Source: Minisyncoccota bacterium (GTDB taxonomy: Bacteria; Patescibacteriota; Minisyncoccia; UBA6257; 2-01-FULL-56-20). From it: a stretch of 64,000 nt of DNA. The position numbers were made by a program, and so were the translations under genes. The stretch spans positions 22,654 through 86,653 of the forward strand of contig JBAYLC010000001.1 of NCBI GenBank assembly GCA_041664245.1, written 5' to 3'. Under the pieces are notes generated by a model. That model made no database searches. It was not told the origin of the DNA and saw only the letters and a program-made list of their open reading frames with translations. Shown one piece after another: positions 63,432 through 64,000 of this stretch (position 1 is the stretch's first letter; each line of letters opens with the position of its first letter).

Positions 63432-64000
63432 ATGCCCAAAAAAAATAAAAAAACTTCCAAAAAGAAAATCGTCAAAAAGAAAGTTGTTAAGAAAGTTAAG
63501 AAGGCGAAGAAGATCAAGAAAATCGCCAAAAAAGCCAAGCCGGTTAAAAAGAAAATAAAAATCGGCAAAAAGAAGGCTAAGCCTGTTTCCAAAAAGAAAA
63601 AAGAAAAAGTTGTCCCCAAAACTAGCGCCCAGCTCAATGAGGAAGCGCTTAATGAGCTTATTCAATCCGGCCGCCCCCGTGGTTTTGTGACCGATAACGA
63701 AATTCTTTATTACTTTCCCAATATCGAGCAGGACATCACTTTCCTTGATGAAATTTATGATCGGCTCGATAAAGCCGGTATAAAAGTGATTGAAACTAGC
63801 GCCCTTATCGATATCCCCAAAGAAGAGCCTAACCAAAAAGAACTCCAGCGTTTCTCCGAATTTGAAACTGATGTTCCCGATGCCGTTCAAGCGTATTTGA
63901 AAGAAATCGGCAAAACCCCGCTTTTAACTAAAGATGACGAAAGAGAATTAGCCAAGCGTTCCGAAAAAGGAGACGAAGAAGCCCGCCAGCGGCTGATGAA
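63432..64000 (+). CDS. rpoD: Primary sigma factor RpoD (partial, runs off the window)
   Basis: Lys-rich N-terminus, region 1.1 GRPRGFVTDNEI, region 1.2 DAVQAYLKEIGKTPLL; follows dnaG. Confidence 0.93.
   Translation, partial: MPKKNKKTSKKKIVKKKVVKKVKKAKKIKKIAKKAKPVKKKIKIGKKKAKPVSKKKKEKVVPKTSAQLNEEALNELIQSGRPRGFVTDNEILYYFPNIEQDITFLDEIYDRLDKAGIKVIETSALIDIPKEEPNQKELQRFSEFETDVPDAVQAYLKEIGKTPLLTKDDERELAKRSEKGDEEARQRLM

Noticed and set aside
63348-63890. Minus-strand Phe/Leu-rich ORFs
   Set aside because: Antisense shadows of the Lys-rich rpoD N-terminus

Overview
A 64-kb segment of a small-genome bacterium, very probably Patescibacteria/CPR (Parcubacteria-like), using genetic code 11. The taxonomy is inferred from a type IV pilus cluster lacking a secretin, a fused rpoB-rpoC gene, a single-chain PheRS, a 23S-5S unit without a linked 16S gene, and rplK without a neighbouring rplA. 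Most of the window is housekeeping genes: ligA, gatABC, murD, alr, rodA, mltG, cca, dut, tmk, miaA, thrS, serS, lepA, dnaG and rpoD. The most unusual signals are non-coding. (1) A ~355-nt intervening sequence in the 23S rRNA holds an apparently complete antisense transcription unit: a perfect TTGACA-N18-TATAAT promoter, a structured ~255-nt RNA with no long ORF, and an intrinsic terminator. (2) An intact tRNA-Gly(CCC) is nested in the anticodon loop of a second tRNA-Gly-like gene, which is itself nested in a third. (3) Families of small palindromes cluster behind tRNAs and also appear in a prepilin leader and in the 23S rRNA. (4) One CAU tRNA is atypical. Also notable are a beta-barrel-like orphan protein, a TSP1-bearing surface protein with an internal signal peptide, and single-gene orphan islets with their own expression signals. 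All calls come from reading the sequence by eye; no searches were run.
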